The notes: generated by a model from the sequence alone, not told the origin. Shown: positions 23,775-36,079, counted from the stretch's first letter. The stretch is DNA of 64,000 bases from Octopus sinensis (GCF_006345805.1 NW_021832609.1:41971-105970); one strand, 5' to 3'. A program made the numbers and translations.

Positions 23775-23980
23775 TATCATTCGCCATGATAGATCGCAAG
23801 CCACTAAACCTTTTTTATTTCTCTCCCTCTTTTTATATTCGCTCCCTCTTTTTTCTGTGTTCCTTTCTGTCAGAGAGCATATGCTCGAAACGTAAAAGAC
23901 TTTCTCACTTCCTGAGCATTAAACATCTGTTTGTTGTTTACACACCGATCTTTGTCTTTTGTTTTTTTTTTTGTAAATTC

Positions 23981-23985
<5 letters not shown>
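23775..23985 (+). mobile_element. Solo Penelope pLTR-like fragment, same family as 11005-11200
   Basis: CGCCATGATAGATCG..AGCCACT, GCTCGAAACGTAAAAGACTTT, CCTGAGC and ACATCTGTTT are shared with the reverse complement of 11030-11205. Confidence 0.8.
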
Positions 23986-24021
<36 letters not shown>

Positions 24022-24160
24022 TATAAATGAGTGAAAATTTACTGGTAAGTGTGTTAAATAATAAGGCAATAAAAGAGAATGACTCTCCCCAGACACCACA
24101 AAATATGCTTCAACACACAAACTCATATAAAGAATTTTGCAAACCAAATACAAAAATGAA

Positions 24161-24493
24161 GAATAGAAATGGCTTTTCTGATAATTTTTCCACTTCAATA
24201 ACTGAATGCTTATAAGTTTACAATCAGGTAACACCTGAATTCAGTTAGTCAACTAAGGCATGATTTAGGGCAGTTGTTGAGGCTATTGCTTTTGCTTTCC
24301 TTTTTCTTGAAGGTTTCCACAACAACAGTCCAGGAAGGAACTACAAAAAGAAAAGGAAAGCAGAAGCAATGGCCTCAGCAACTGCCCTCACCCATGCCTT
24401 GGGTAACTATTTGAATTCAGGAGTTACCTTTCTCTAAACTTATAAACACCTAATAATTAAAGTGGAAAATTATCAGAAAAGCCATTTCTATTC
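24161..24493. repeat. Foldback / MITE-like element, ~145-bp arms
   Basis: GAATAGAAATGGCTTTTCTGATAATTTTTCCACTT...GGGCAGTTGTTGAGGC mirrored by GCCTCAGCAACTGCCC...AAGTGGAAAATTATCAGAAAAGCCATTTCTATTC. Confidence 0.85.
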
Positions 24494-24639
24494 AGTTTTT
24501 CAGATAACTAATACTGTACCAAGGGCTTTCTATTTCTTTTTCTACTATCTACATATAGCTGCTACTTTCTGTGTATCATCAAAATATTTAAATCACACCC
24601 TCCAAACAATAAATATGCCTTTTATTTTATTTCTTGAAG

Positions 24640-24699
24640 TTGTGGAAGAACAATGTGCTGAGGTTAGCGAGCCGAAATATTTAGAAATGGGACAACGAA
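24640..24699 (+). CDS. Cassette 2 exon a, 60 nt (x-VEEQCAEVSEPKYLEMGQR)
   Basis: tttattttatttcttgaAG / GTAAGT, phase-1 symmetric. Confidence 0.75.
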
Positions 24700-24945
24700 G
24701 TAAGTACAATCAATATTGTTAGTACACAGCATGAGCTTAGAACCTATCTTTAAAATAGACAGACAGCGAACTATTATGAAATATGTCACTCTCTAACTTT
24801 TGTGTATTTAATATGCATGTATGTATGTGTGAGTGTGTTTGAGTGTATCTCATGAGTATTTATTATGGTAGAATCAGTACACAGCTATCTTAATTTAAAT
24901 ATTATTTATAGCCATGCTATTTGTTCTTTTTCTAATTTCTTAAAG

Positions 24946-24987
24946 ACACGGATGGTACTTACGTTAACGTTTCAAAGAAACCTGCTG
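24946..24987 (+). CDS. Cassette 2 exon b, 42 nt (x-TDGTYVNVSKKPA)
   Basis: ttctttttctaatttcttaaAG / GTAAGT, phase-1 symmetric. Confidence 0.75.
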
Positions 24988-25896
24988 GTAAGTATATAAG
25001 CAATTTATTAACAAAAAATTACATTCATTAGAGCAAGATTAGCAAATATCTCATTCTTTCTTTGAGTAGAATATGCAGCTTAATATATATGTATGATTGA
25101 AATTAAAACTTTGAAGGTGTTAAAATTTCATTGCATATGCAAAGAACTTCTTGCAAACATTCATATGTAACTTATATTTTACACCTTTATTTATCTTACC
25201 TTTATTAATGCAGTTCATATGCATATATTTTTAAAGTTTTATTTAAACAAATAACCCAAATTGGTATACAACTAATATTGAATTCAGTAGATACTTGCTT
25301 AGACATGAGACACAAAAAATGGAACAGATTTCCAAAGGTAAATGGGATCAGCTTTTCCCCTTCAGTATCCAAAATCACTCCTGCTTATGGATAACTCTAA
25401 CAAGAATGTAATCTCAGAAAAACCCTTATTGCTCTAAACATATTTGTGAATGGCTTCTCTTAATGGTAATATCACCACCAAATATTGAAGTGAGGGAAAA
25501 AGTACAAACTGTACTAAATATTGACAGAATTAAATTTACTGTTAGTACATTCTGAGATTATATCCCAGTGAAGTAAATTTTGTACATTCAGCCTCTCAAT
25601 AAGTACTACTTTTACATAACCATTAGCATTTTTCTTGTAGAATAGAATTTTGGGTGCCACTTTACTAAGGAACCCTCTTTCCAAAGTCTAATTTTGAAAT
25701 GGCATATTAACCAAAATTACTCTTTGTTTACTCTTGTTCATACCAAATAGATTTATTAGCCAATACTTTTCTTTTATGCAATATGTAAATGAGAGGATGA
25801 AGAACATATTCAGTACATGGACTCTGACTGGATTTAAGTATTTTTTGTTTCTAAATACATATATGTGGATATATATAATTATATTTGAAGAAAAAA

Positions 25897-26185
25897 GAAT
25901 AGAAATGGCTTTTCTGATCATTTTTCCACTTCAATAATTAGATGTTTATAAGTTTACAAACAGGTAACTCCTGAATTCAGTTAGTCAAACAAGACATGGG
26001 TGAGGGCAGTTGTTGAGGCCATTGCTTCTGCCTTCCTTTTTTCTTGAAGGTCCTTCCACAGCAACAGGCCAGTAAAGAACTTTAGAAAAGGAAAGCAGAA
26101 GCGATGGCCTCAGCAACTGCCCTCACCCATGCCTTGGTTGACTATCTGAATTCAAGAGTTACCTTTTTCTAAACTTATCCACATC
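25897..26185. repeat. Second copy of the foldback element; right arm interrupted, remainder at 33835-33885
   Basis: Matches 24161-24445, stops at AAACTTATCCACATC and resumes at GACATCTAATTATTAAAGTGGAAAA. Confidence 0.8.
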
Positions 26186-26597
26186 AGATCTTGTTTGTTT
26201 CATTCATAAAATCTGCATCTCTTAAAAGGAAGTCAAATATCTGAAAATCGGTTATATTGATGTAGTTTACATGCTTATTCCTGTGAAGCCATGTACTTGT
26301 GGAGAAAAAATTTGATGAAAACTTTAAAAAAAACTGTGTATTTTTAGCCAATAGTGAGACAGAAATTTTCTGTGATGTAGCATTCTCAACTTAGTGGTGT
26401 CAATTTTAATGTTTTACCCTGTGAAATTTATAGTTTAGCATCTGTGAAATGACCTGTTCATTGTAGGTTTCGAAATAAACAGAAATACCTGATGAAGTCA
26501 ACATCTATCATCTTACTGTTTCTTTTCTCTCTTCATTGATTTCTGTATGTTTTGTATATTTTTATTTTTATTTGTTATATTAATATAAGTGAATAAT

Positions 26598-28070
26598 TCC
26601 GGGTAGAAGTAGGGGTCCACCAAGGTTCAGCCCTCAGTCCCTTTTATTCATCATAGTCGTCCAAGCAATAACAGAGGAATTCAAGACGGGTTGCCCCTGG
26701 GAGTTCCTCTATACTGATGACCTGGCCCTCATAGCAGAATCACTACCGGAACTAGAAAAGAAATTTTGGGTGTGGAAGTTGGGTTTAGAATCAAAAGGCC
26801 TTATAGTAAATGTAGCGAAGAACAAAGTTATTTAAGTAGGAAGGTGAACTCATCACACACACCCTTAGGTAGGTGGCCCCGCTCAATCTGTAGAAAAGGT
26901 GTAGGTAGAAACTCCATAAGATGTACCCAATGTAAGCTATGGACGCATAAGAGGTGTAGCAACATCAGAGGAAAACTGAGAAGATAGCTTTCATACGCAG
27001 CAGATACACAGGGGCAATAGACACAATGGATACTCAGAAAACAGATTCCACCACACTCCAGGGGGAGAAACTAGAAGTAGTTGATCGTTTCCACTACCTA
27101 GGTGACCAAGTTAGTAGTGGAGGTGGATGCTCAGAGAGTGTCACCACTAGAATACGAATAGCCTGGGCAAAGTTTAGAAAGTTTCTCCCCCTACTGGTGA
27201 CAAAGGGTCTCTCGCTCAGAGTGAAAGGTAGATTGTATGACACATGTGAGAAAACTGCCTTGCTTCAAGGTAGTGAAATATGGGATGTGACAGCAGAGGA
27301 CATGTGTAGGCTTGAAAGAAATGAAGCTAGTATTATCCGCTGGATGTGTAATGTCAGTGTGCACAGACGACAGAGTGTAAGTGCTCTGAGAGAAATGCTG
27401 GACACAAGAAGCATCAGATGTGGCATGCAAGAAAGATGTTTGCGCTGGTATGGTCATGTACTATGGATGGATGAGGAGAGATGAGTGAAGAAGTGCCACT
27501 CCCAAACAGTTGAAGGAATCCAGGGTAGAAGTAGACCCAGGAATACATGGGATGAGGTGGTCAAGCATGACCTTTGAACATTGGGCCTCACAGAGACAAT
27601 GATGAAATACTGAGATCTCTGGAGATATGCTGTGACTGCGAAGACCTGACAGATAACGTGAGTTCATGGCTGTTTCCTGCACCAGCTTCACATAGCAGCC
27701 CCAACCCATCCAAAGTACCTTCGACTGCAGGACGGCCTGCTGTGCTTACCTTGGATTGTAGGGTGACCTGCTGTGCTTAAGGAGACCTACTGAGTCAAAT
27801 ACATCAACATCAAAATAAAAATCAAATGGAAATTGTAGTTGTGATACCTGTGCCTGTGGCACATAAAAAGCACCATCCGAACATGACCGATGGGTTCCGT
27901 ACCGGTGGCACGTTAAAAGCACCCACTACACTCACGGAGTGGTTGGCTTTAGGAAGGGCATCCAGCTGTAGAAACACTGCCAGATCAGACTGGAGCCTGG
28001 TGTAGCCTCCTTGCTTCCCAGACCCTGGTCGAACCATCCAACTCATGCTAGCATCGTTAAATGATGATGA
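26598..28070 (+). mobile_element. 5'-truncated RTE LINE with 3' tail
   Basis: HQGSALSPLLF, LYTDDL, LEVVDRFHYLGDQV, RIRIAWAKFRKFLPLL, LRWYGHV; (GAT)n tail at ~28060. Confidence 0.9.
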
Positions 28071-28270
28071 TGTATGTATGTATGCGTTTGTTTCACATTA
28101 GTTGTTACAGTTGTACTTTATGAAGCCATTGATTTCTACACACAGGAATCAATATGGGTTGCTTATGTCAGTATTATGTATACCTGTTATGTATTTGTGT
28201 ACATCACCAATATATATGTGCATGTGGATGTATGTATTCATATATAAGTTTATATGTACATTAATGCATT

Positions 28271-28311
<41 letters not shown>

Positions 28312-28329
28312 AATGGGGGTGTCTGTCTC

Positions 28330-28860
28330 TAAAACTCTAAGTTTGAGTAATGTTTTCATGCTTGGATTTGGAAACTACAATAAGAATAATCAATCCAATA
28401 GACTTTCTAAATTCAGCAGAGTTTATTTCTATTCACTTATCTTTATAGACCCAAGTTCCTTCAGCATTTGTCCATATTTGGATTTCCAGATTTGGCTTCA
28501 TGAATAATATAAATGATGAAAGAGCTGAATCCTAAAATCTAGTTGCAAAAAGGGAAGGTCCAAGCTGTTCATGTAAACATTGTTGGGTGGAGTTCTTCTT
28601 GTGCCCTTTCAATAGTGTTCTTCCTGAGTCCTTTCAGTTTCAGACTTATCCTTCAAATAATGTTCTACATGCATCATCGAAGGATTTGAAGAATCATTTT
28701 GTTCTCATCATATCCAATTCTGAACAGGCAATATTGGCATGATCACTTTCATTATCATCTTCAGGAAAAGAAGATTCATCACAAATAATTTTTTCCCATT
28801 CTTTATGGAAGCTGGATAACAATTGTGAAATCTCTTCAAGGCTTAGCTTTTGATTCTTTG
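28330..28860 (-). mobile_element. Possible piggyBac transposase 5' remnant
   Basis: Acidic N-terminus (KLSLEEISQLLS..DESSFPEDDNESD) followed by RTPPNNV.HEQLGPS, resembling the piggyBac N-x-L-x-x-x-PGP motif. Heavily decayed. Confidence 0.4.
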
Positions 28861-29589
28861 ATATTTCGTGGAAGGATTACAAAGGACAAATGAATAGTTG
28901 GCAGGCTGTCAATGTTTTATACTTGTTGAATTATGATGCAATACTAATTGTTTGTTTCATAAAAATGATGCACTAAATAGTAGTATTGCATCATCTTCAG
29001 ATGTCTTAGTAAATGCTGTTAGAGATCTTTGCCACCAGTATGGGATGAGGTTGTGCAAACTGATCTCAAAATGCTGAGCCTTACAGAAGAGATGACAATG
29101 GATTGGGAGGGTTGGTGCCCTGCCATGCTCAAGAAGACCTGCCCATAGCAAGCAGAACACCTACCCAAAACCTGGTCACAGTATCTCAACGTGCTGTGTG
29201 CACTGAGGATACAACTTTTTTGTAACCCCGTAGTCCTGTATCATATTCTGTCGAGTTTTTGCTAGAAGACTATGAAAATCAATGTTTTTTTTTTCTATTT
29301 GCTCAAAAAAGTTCACTCATGACTAACTTTGAATTTTTATATTTGGTTGCATTTGGGTGGGTTTCCAAAAACTAGGACCCTGATAGAATAATAAACAATA
29401 AAGGAAAAAAGATCCATAACTGTTAAAAGAATTATATTCTGCATTCCAGAATAATAAAAAGAAGGTAAGTCATATAAAGTCAAATTAGTCAATAGTCAAG
29501 TTGCGGCAAGTCTAATAGAGAGAATGAAACTCAATGGCAGGTTAGCTTTGTTCTTGCATGTGGTGTGTAGTTCTTGCATGACCTTAATT

Positions 29590-31100
29590 GCTCACTCACA
29601 GCATTAATTGCTTCTGCTGATCTTTAGTTTTGAGAGCTCTTGTTTCCAGTGATTTGTCAAGCATTTCAAAGAAGTCTTCTAAGAGTAGTAAGGTTTGTGA
29701 TAGCTCTGCATAATCTTCAGCTCTATAACCAGTGGTCTGCACAGTCATATGAGATGAAGTGGCAGACCATATGCAATCTCTCACATGTGGCGTAAGTAAA
29801 AATATAAGAAGGGCTAGGATTGCTTGCAAATTCCATCTGGCATTACTGATATTTGGGATTTTCTGAAACTTGATGAAAGGGATGTCTCTCTTTCCATGGA
29901 AGAACTTGAAGGCATGGGTTAAGTGAAACAGGAACTTCATATCATATCTCCAACCAGCTTGATCTACTATGACGATTTCCATACTGGAAGGAGCCTTGAA
30001 GTTCTTCATAACTTGTCATGAGTTCTTTGACAAGAAAATATCCGATATTGAGTGAATTGCTTGCACTAGCTAGCTCCTCATCCATGAAAATATGCAGGAT
30101 TCTGTCCAAGACATGGTGTTTGTTGCTCATGAATTGTGGCTCATCATAGCATTTGCTCAAGAAATTCTCTGCAGTCTAACCACTACCCAACTCTTTCATC
30201 CGGTATTCACACTTGTCGTATCAACAATAATCATTAAGATTTCACCCTAAAAGTGTAATTCATCCAAGATGCTTTTCAATCCTGCAATGGTCTCGGCCTT
30301 GTCACCACACAGCTTCAGAGCAGCCAGCTTAATTACACTTGTTTTATCTTGATGATTACCACTTGATATTCATTTCCGTCAATATGTTTACCATTAAAAT
30401 GCAGGTCCCATTTCTGATTGCTAGTGTATTGATCAAGTGTTTCTTCATTACACCAGCTTTCTCAAACAGTGCATTGTAAAATGCCTTGCTGACTAGGAGC
30501 TGGGATATCAATGTCCTCCTCTGACAATTCTTTGCAGATTTTCGCAGCTTTGTAGGTAGAGACATTTGTTTCAGTTACAAATCTCATACCAATTGCAGAT
30601 TTGTTGTTCCTTCTTGTGGAAGAATAAGTGCCATCACTATCTATATCGTTTTGATCAACTCTGTCATCTTCACCATAATTGTACTCTTCAATCTCTTCTT
30701 CTTCAGAGTCACTGTCAGTACCAGGGTTGCTGAGTTTGATAAAGAATGGGAGGCTTCAGCATCCGAGCATCTTCTCTTGGAATTATGGATAGTGTGCTTG
30801 CTTGCAGCTTTGCTTGTCGAATAACCCATTTTGCCCTGGCTTTGGAGTTGGATAGAATAAAGCATTTTATCATCAGCATTAAGCCATTCATTGCAGACTT
30901 TGTTGATATTGAACAGTTCTTCTAATGGCTCAAATTGTCTTTTTTAGGTGCATTTGTCATACAAATGAAGCACATTTTTGAGCTTGGAAATGATTGGAAA
31001 ATTCAGCTTATCTCTCCACAGTAGTGTCACCTCTTTCAATAATTCTGTCACTCTCTTCTTTCTGCATTTATTGATTTCCCAAAAAAACTGGTACCGACCA
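29590..31100 (-). mobile_element. Decayed DDE transposase of unresolved superfamily (hAT/P/Kolobok-like)
   Basis: Fragments IIVDTTSVNTG, HHVLDRILHIFMDEEL, NISNARWN..AILALL across several frames. Confidence 0.5.
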
Positions 31101-31479
31101 GCAACCTTCTCCTTGAGGCATTTGAATTCTGCTGTTCAGTGAGGCTTCATCTACAGACACACGATCTCTAGATGAATGGGACTGGAACAGCACCAGATGC
31201 AGTGTTTATGTAGGCAAATAAATACAAAAGTGTCTGGAAGCATCCCTGATCTGGTCACTGATATATGTGGAGTATGTTATAACTAAGAACAATGATTGCA
31301 GTGATTTCGGGTTCACCAGAACTCACATAACATCCAAGTGTTACTTGGATCACAGAATGATTCACAGCAAGGCATTTGTTAAACTATATGGAAAGAGGCC
31401 ACTAAAATCCAGTTTACATCCAAGAATAAACATTGCTTCTTTAAAAATCTAGAAATGATAAAAAATTTTGAAATACATT

Positions 31480-32215
31480 TAAATTCAAAGATTGCAGAAA
31501 TAGAGGAATGCCTAAAATATGGTGGCACAATATACATGACAGCATCAAATCATCTGCTGAAGTAGTTCTAGGATTTGTGAAGCACAAACACCAACAAGAA
31601 TGATTCTCAAATTAAACCTCTCCTAGAAACTTTGCACAAGAGACAAAAGACATGGATCTCAGACAAATACTTGCCAACATCCAGATTCCTATACATCTCT
31701 AGAGAAAATCTATGCAGAAAACTGCATGAGATGAAAAGTTTGGTGGACGAAACAAGCCCAAGAATTGGAACAGGCTGCTAACTCTCACAACTTGAGAACA
31801 CTGTATAACATTCTGAAAAATGTGTTTGGTCCAAAAAAGGTAGTACAGAATAGATTCTGTACTACCTCAAATGATGTAACACAACTCATAAGAAGGAAAG
31901 ATGAAATTCTAAAAAGATACCTGAACACTTTACATCTGTATCAAATCAAGAATCCACTAGCAGTGCTGAAGAACTAGTGGAACATCCTTCCTTGGAAGAG
32001 ACAAGTACTGTTATTGAAAAACTTTCCAATGGTAAAGATCTTGGACAAGACGATATTCCCATAGAGGTGTCCAAGCATGGTTGCAGTCAAATTGTAAATA
32101 AGCTGTGCAAATTGATCTGTTTGATCTGGGAAACTGGATCTGTTCCCCAGCAGTTCAAAGATGCATGTATAATGCACCTGTACAAAAACAAAAGGAAGAA
32201 GAGTCAATGTGATAA
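31480..32215 (+). mobile_element. RTE-BovB-like LINE fragment
   Basis: EQAANSHNLRTLYNILKNVFGPK; PSLEET..IEKLSNGK..GQDDIPIEV; IWETGSVPQQFKDACIMHLYKNK. Confidence 0.75.
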
Positions 32216-32989
32216 TCCCTTTTCCAAAAGAAGAATAAAGATAATCAAAAGAAAAGGAGAAATGTGATGTTATTGGCAAGCTATTCTAGTATAATTTATT
32301 TTATTGATACCTGATGGATTAAAGTTAAAGCTGACTTGTGTGAGATTTGAATTCAGAATGCAGAGGAACATAACTAAATAGAACAAAGCATTTAGTCTGG
32401 CACTCCATTCTGGACATAATTTTTGGAAACAACTGTCCTTCAAAGTTCCATACCTCATGGAAAAAGAAAAGTGAGATGGGCAGGTTTCCTTCATTTTGTT
32501 TTTAATCATTTTATGTTTCATACAATGGAAAATTTCCTCACAATCTCTGTCTTTCACATCCCAACCCGTAATTCTGTGCCCTTTTTTCCTTCCATATCAT
32601 TTAGGAAATAATTTTGATTCTGATTCATTCTGCCAGCTTCAGTTCCATGGGGTTTATTATTTCTACCTCAGCTGGATCCAAACCTACCAATTACATTACT
32701 TGCCCACCACGTGTACAGTTTTGCTTCTACATCTCTGACAGGTTTGTGGGAGGAGTACACGACCAGGTGATTAATAAGTTCACATCATAATCCTGACATG
32801 TTAGTATTGAGTTCAATCTAACTCCATCACACCTTGAGCAAGAATCTTTCAGCCTAGTTTTGGTTTGATCTTTTTTTATATTTTGTCTTCTACCTATGTT
32901 GGGTTTGAAAAAGGGACATTGCCTATGCCCTTCACAGACCATCTGGATGAATGAGGTTAATGATTAAGGACATTGATGTGCCTTGTGAA

Positions 32990-33290
32990 CCTTCATAAAC
33001 CAACATTTGTGGGAAAGATATGAGCAGGGAAGGATTTCTTGAGGGAAACATTTTGGGGAGGAAAAACTGAGCATAGCCATAAGTATGAGGCCTTTTAGGT
33101 AGGGCTGGATGGGGTTGGACATAAGAGGGATAATGAAAAGAGAAGAGGCAAATGGGATGGGAACGTTTGAGAGGTGAGGTGAGCTCAGCTAGCTGCAAGG
33201 AGCAGAAGCCATATAGTACAGTAGAAATGACAGAGAGGGGGGACAGAGAATGTCTGGGCATCAGAGAATGGAGCACATCTAGGAGTGACT
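32990..33290 (-). mobile_element. CR1/L2-like LINE 3' fragment
   Basis: SLSPL..YGFCSLQLAELTSPLKRS resembles the CR1-group C-terminus. Confidence 0.45.
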
Positions 33291-34042
33291 TTATAATTTA
33301 TTGCATCCACCTCTGTTTTCAAAATCTCCTTCAGAGTGGTACAAAAATGGCTTGAATGTGGATGTGGCTATTCAAAGCAACAGTAAAAACAGAAAAACAC
33401 AGAAAAACTTCATGAAATATATGTAAAATATATATGAAAAATATATAAAAGAATAAGTAAATATTAAAAAATTGATGAAAAACATTTACAATAAAATTCT
33501 AATTGATAGATATAAATCTTCCAGAAAATTTTAAAAAAACAGTGATATACACAAACAAAACATGTGGATGAAGTGAATCTCGTTGTGTAAAGAATCAGCA
33601 CAATGTGTGGTTAACATGATAACTAGCTGTTAATGCCTCACTGTCTGTTGATTGGCTAAAATTGATCAGATTTTCCCAACTTTAATTCCAATAACATCAG
33701 ATTCTTTAATTTATGAGATAAAGTAATTGGTTGAGCATAATCAAAATACAGAACAGTATCAATACACCAAAATTGAAAACAAGCTGAGCAAAATTAAAGG
33801 GAGCTGATTTTAGGTATGAAACTAACTAGATTCTAGACATCTAATTATTAAAGTGGAAAAATTATCAAAAACGCCATTTCTATTCAGATTTTCAAATATA
33901 TAATACTGTACTAATGGCTTTCTATTTCTTATTCTACTATATATACATATATATAACAGCTACATTCTGTGTATCATCAAAATATTCATATCATCATCTC
34001 CAAACAATAAATATGCCTATTTTTTAAATTAATTTCTTGATG

Positions 34043-34102
34043 CTGTGGAAGAACAATGTGCTGAGGTTAGCGAGCCGAAATATTTAGAAATGGGACAACG
34101 AA
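34043..34102 (+). pseudogene. Cassette 3 exon a with mutated acceptor (AG to TG)
   Basis: Nearly identical to 24640-24699 with GTAAGT intact, but preceded by ttcttgaTG. Confidence 0.75.
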
Positions 34103-34348
34103 GTAAGTACAATCAATATTGTTAGTACACAGCATGATCTTAGAACCTATCTTTAAAATAGACAGACAGCTAACTATTACGAAAAATGTCACTCTCTAAC
34201 TTTTTGTGTATTAATATGCATGTATGTATGTGTGAGTGTGTTTGAGTCTATCTCATTAGTATTTATTATGGTAGAATCAGTACACAGCTATCTTAATTTA
34301 AATATTATTTATAGCCATGCTATTTGTTCTTTTTTTAATTTCTTATAG

Positions 34349-34389
34349 GCATGGATGGTACTTACGTTAACGTTTCAAAGAACCTACTG
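34349..34389 (+). CDS. Cassette 3 exon b, 41 nt (1-nt deletion; x-MDGTYVNVSKNLL)
   Basis: ttcttatAG / GTAAGT intact; AAGAAACCT has become AAGAACCT. Could be a pseudoexon, a frameshifting exon or a sequencing indel. Confidence 0.5.
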
Positions 34390-34699
34390 GTAAGTATATA
34401 AGCAATTTATTAAGAAAAAATTACATTCATTAGAGCAAGATTAGCAAATAGTTTGGCTCATTCTTTCTTTGAGTAGAATAGCAGCTTAATATATATGTAT
34501 GATTGAAATTAAAACTTTGAAGATGTTAAAATTTCATTGCATATATAATAAACTTCTGCTGATGATAAATATACATTTTACATATATGTTTAAAAATCTC
34601 ATCACGCAATCAAACCAATGAAAGAGCCTTTATCTGGTCGCTCAACATGCTAAAAATAGCAGCCAAAGTATCCCCCTTCCTAAATCACACGTGCAAATA

Positions 34700-35450
34700 T
34701 TCTTTATCATATTCAAAACACTGATGCAAATTTAGAAAGGATTATTGGTGGAAGATTTAATGATAGAAGCCAATAATAGTCATGAATTTTGGAAAGAAAA
34801 ATTTATCTTTATCTTCAAATGTAATCTCAACAAAAGTTTACATTCATCAAATATGACACTGCTAGATGCATTAGATTGCATCAACATACTTGCAACATCT
34901 TTATAAATATAATTTGCAACTGCAATACAATTGTTTGTGGTAGACAATCACAACTACCTATTGATTAAAAGAAGAATTGTTTCTGCAACCAACTAATGGT
35001 CCTCGACAATTTAAATTTTGATTACTAAAACCACAACATATTCACTTACAAAAAATTGTGAAACATGTTCACTCAATACTGAACATGAAATTACTTCCAG
35101 AATTGAATTTCCTCCTGAATTTAAATATCTTGTTATTCAAATTAATAGATTTTTAATTAATCAAAATTTTAATATGGAAAAAAGAATCAAATGTGATATA
35201 ATGAACTTCAGATAAAAAAGGCAGCAAATATTTGGCACAAATTTCCTCTAAAAGCTGCTGTTATTCATAGAGGACCAACATCTAGAGCAGGTCACACTGA
35301 TTAAAACTAGAGATGATATATGGGATGAAATCAATGACAACATCATTACAAAAAGACATACTAAATTTCCTCCCAAATTGCCTGACATTGTTTTATCATT
35401 TATGGAAAAAAATGTAAACAAATTAAAAAACAAAATCAGTGGAATTGTAA
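34700..35450 (+). pseudogene. Intronless, disrupted USP (peptidase C19)-like fragment
   Basis: NCETC, YLVIQINRF, then in shifted frames KFPLKAAVIHRGPTSRAGH and IKTRDDIWDEINDNII: the USP His-box order (L-IQL-RF; AV-H-G-GH; W-ND). Confidence 0.65.
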
Positions 35451-36079
35451 CTAAAAATTAATTTAAGACGAAGATTGTATGATTGATTAATGATTATTTA
35501 GGAACCAAATTCATAAATAGAAAAAAGTAACAAGAACATTTTCTTAAATTGGAAATTAAAAATAGTTTTTTGGTTTATAAAATGGTTTTAATTTATGAAA
35601 AACCAAATATTTGCATAAAATTGACAGTACAATAGTAGTCATTTTTTATTGCAAAATTAGGTTACATAAGGTGAGTCTGGTAACTGATGGTTTTGGGGTC
35701 TTGTTGTTTGTAACATTTGGTGAGCCATTGTGCAACCAACAACATAGTAAAAATCCAGCCATTAATTCAATCAAAACATATATTAAATTAAACATGAAAA
35801 AATTGAAATATTATCATCACTTACATGGAAAAATTGAAATATATCTTTGAGTATTTTATTAACTGACACATTATTAACTAACTCTTATAACAGCAATGCG
35901 TGGAAAAATCATGGATTACATGGAAAAATGCGAGCATGAAAAGTAATATTCTTAAGATTAAAGATCCCCAAAACACAACATGCACATCTCAAATAAATAT
36001 CTATTACACCTTTTTCTCTCATGAATATTAAAACTTTATGTAAATTCTAACACTTTCATATATTTTTTCACTGATCTAT

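Larger units (their letters stand above)
26186..33836. mobile_element. Old ~7.65-kb insertion with degenerate terminal inverted repeats and nested LINEs
   Basis: ACATC flanks both ends (26181-26185, 33837-33841). The left end AGATCTTGTTTGTTTTCATTCATAAAATCTGCATCTCTTAA resembles the reverse complement of the right end, AGAATCTAGTTAGTTTCATACCTAAAATCAGCTCCCTTTAA. ATTTTAGCCAAT..AGACAG is also mirrored. Confidence 0.6.

Noticed and set aside
25744-25770. Minus-strand 27-nt exon (KYWLINLF) with GTATGA donor
   Set aside because: Weak acceptor and no other minus-strand exons support a gene.
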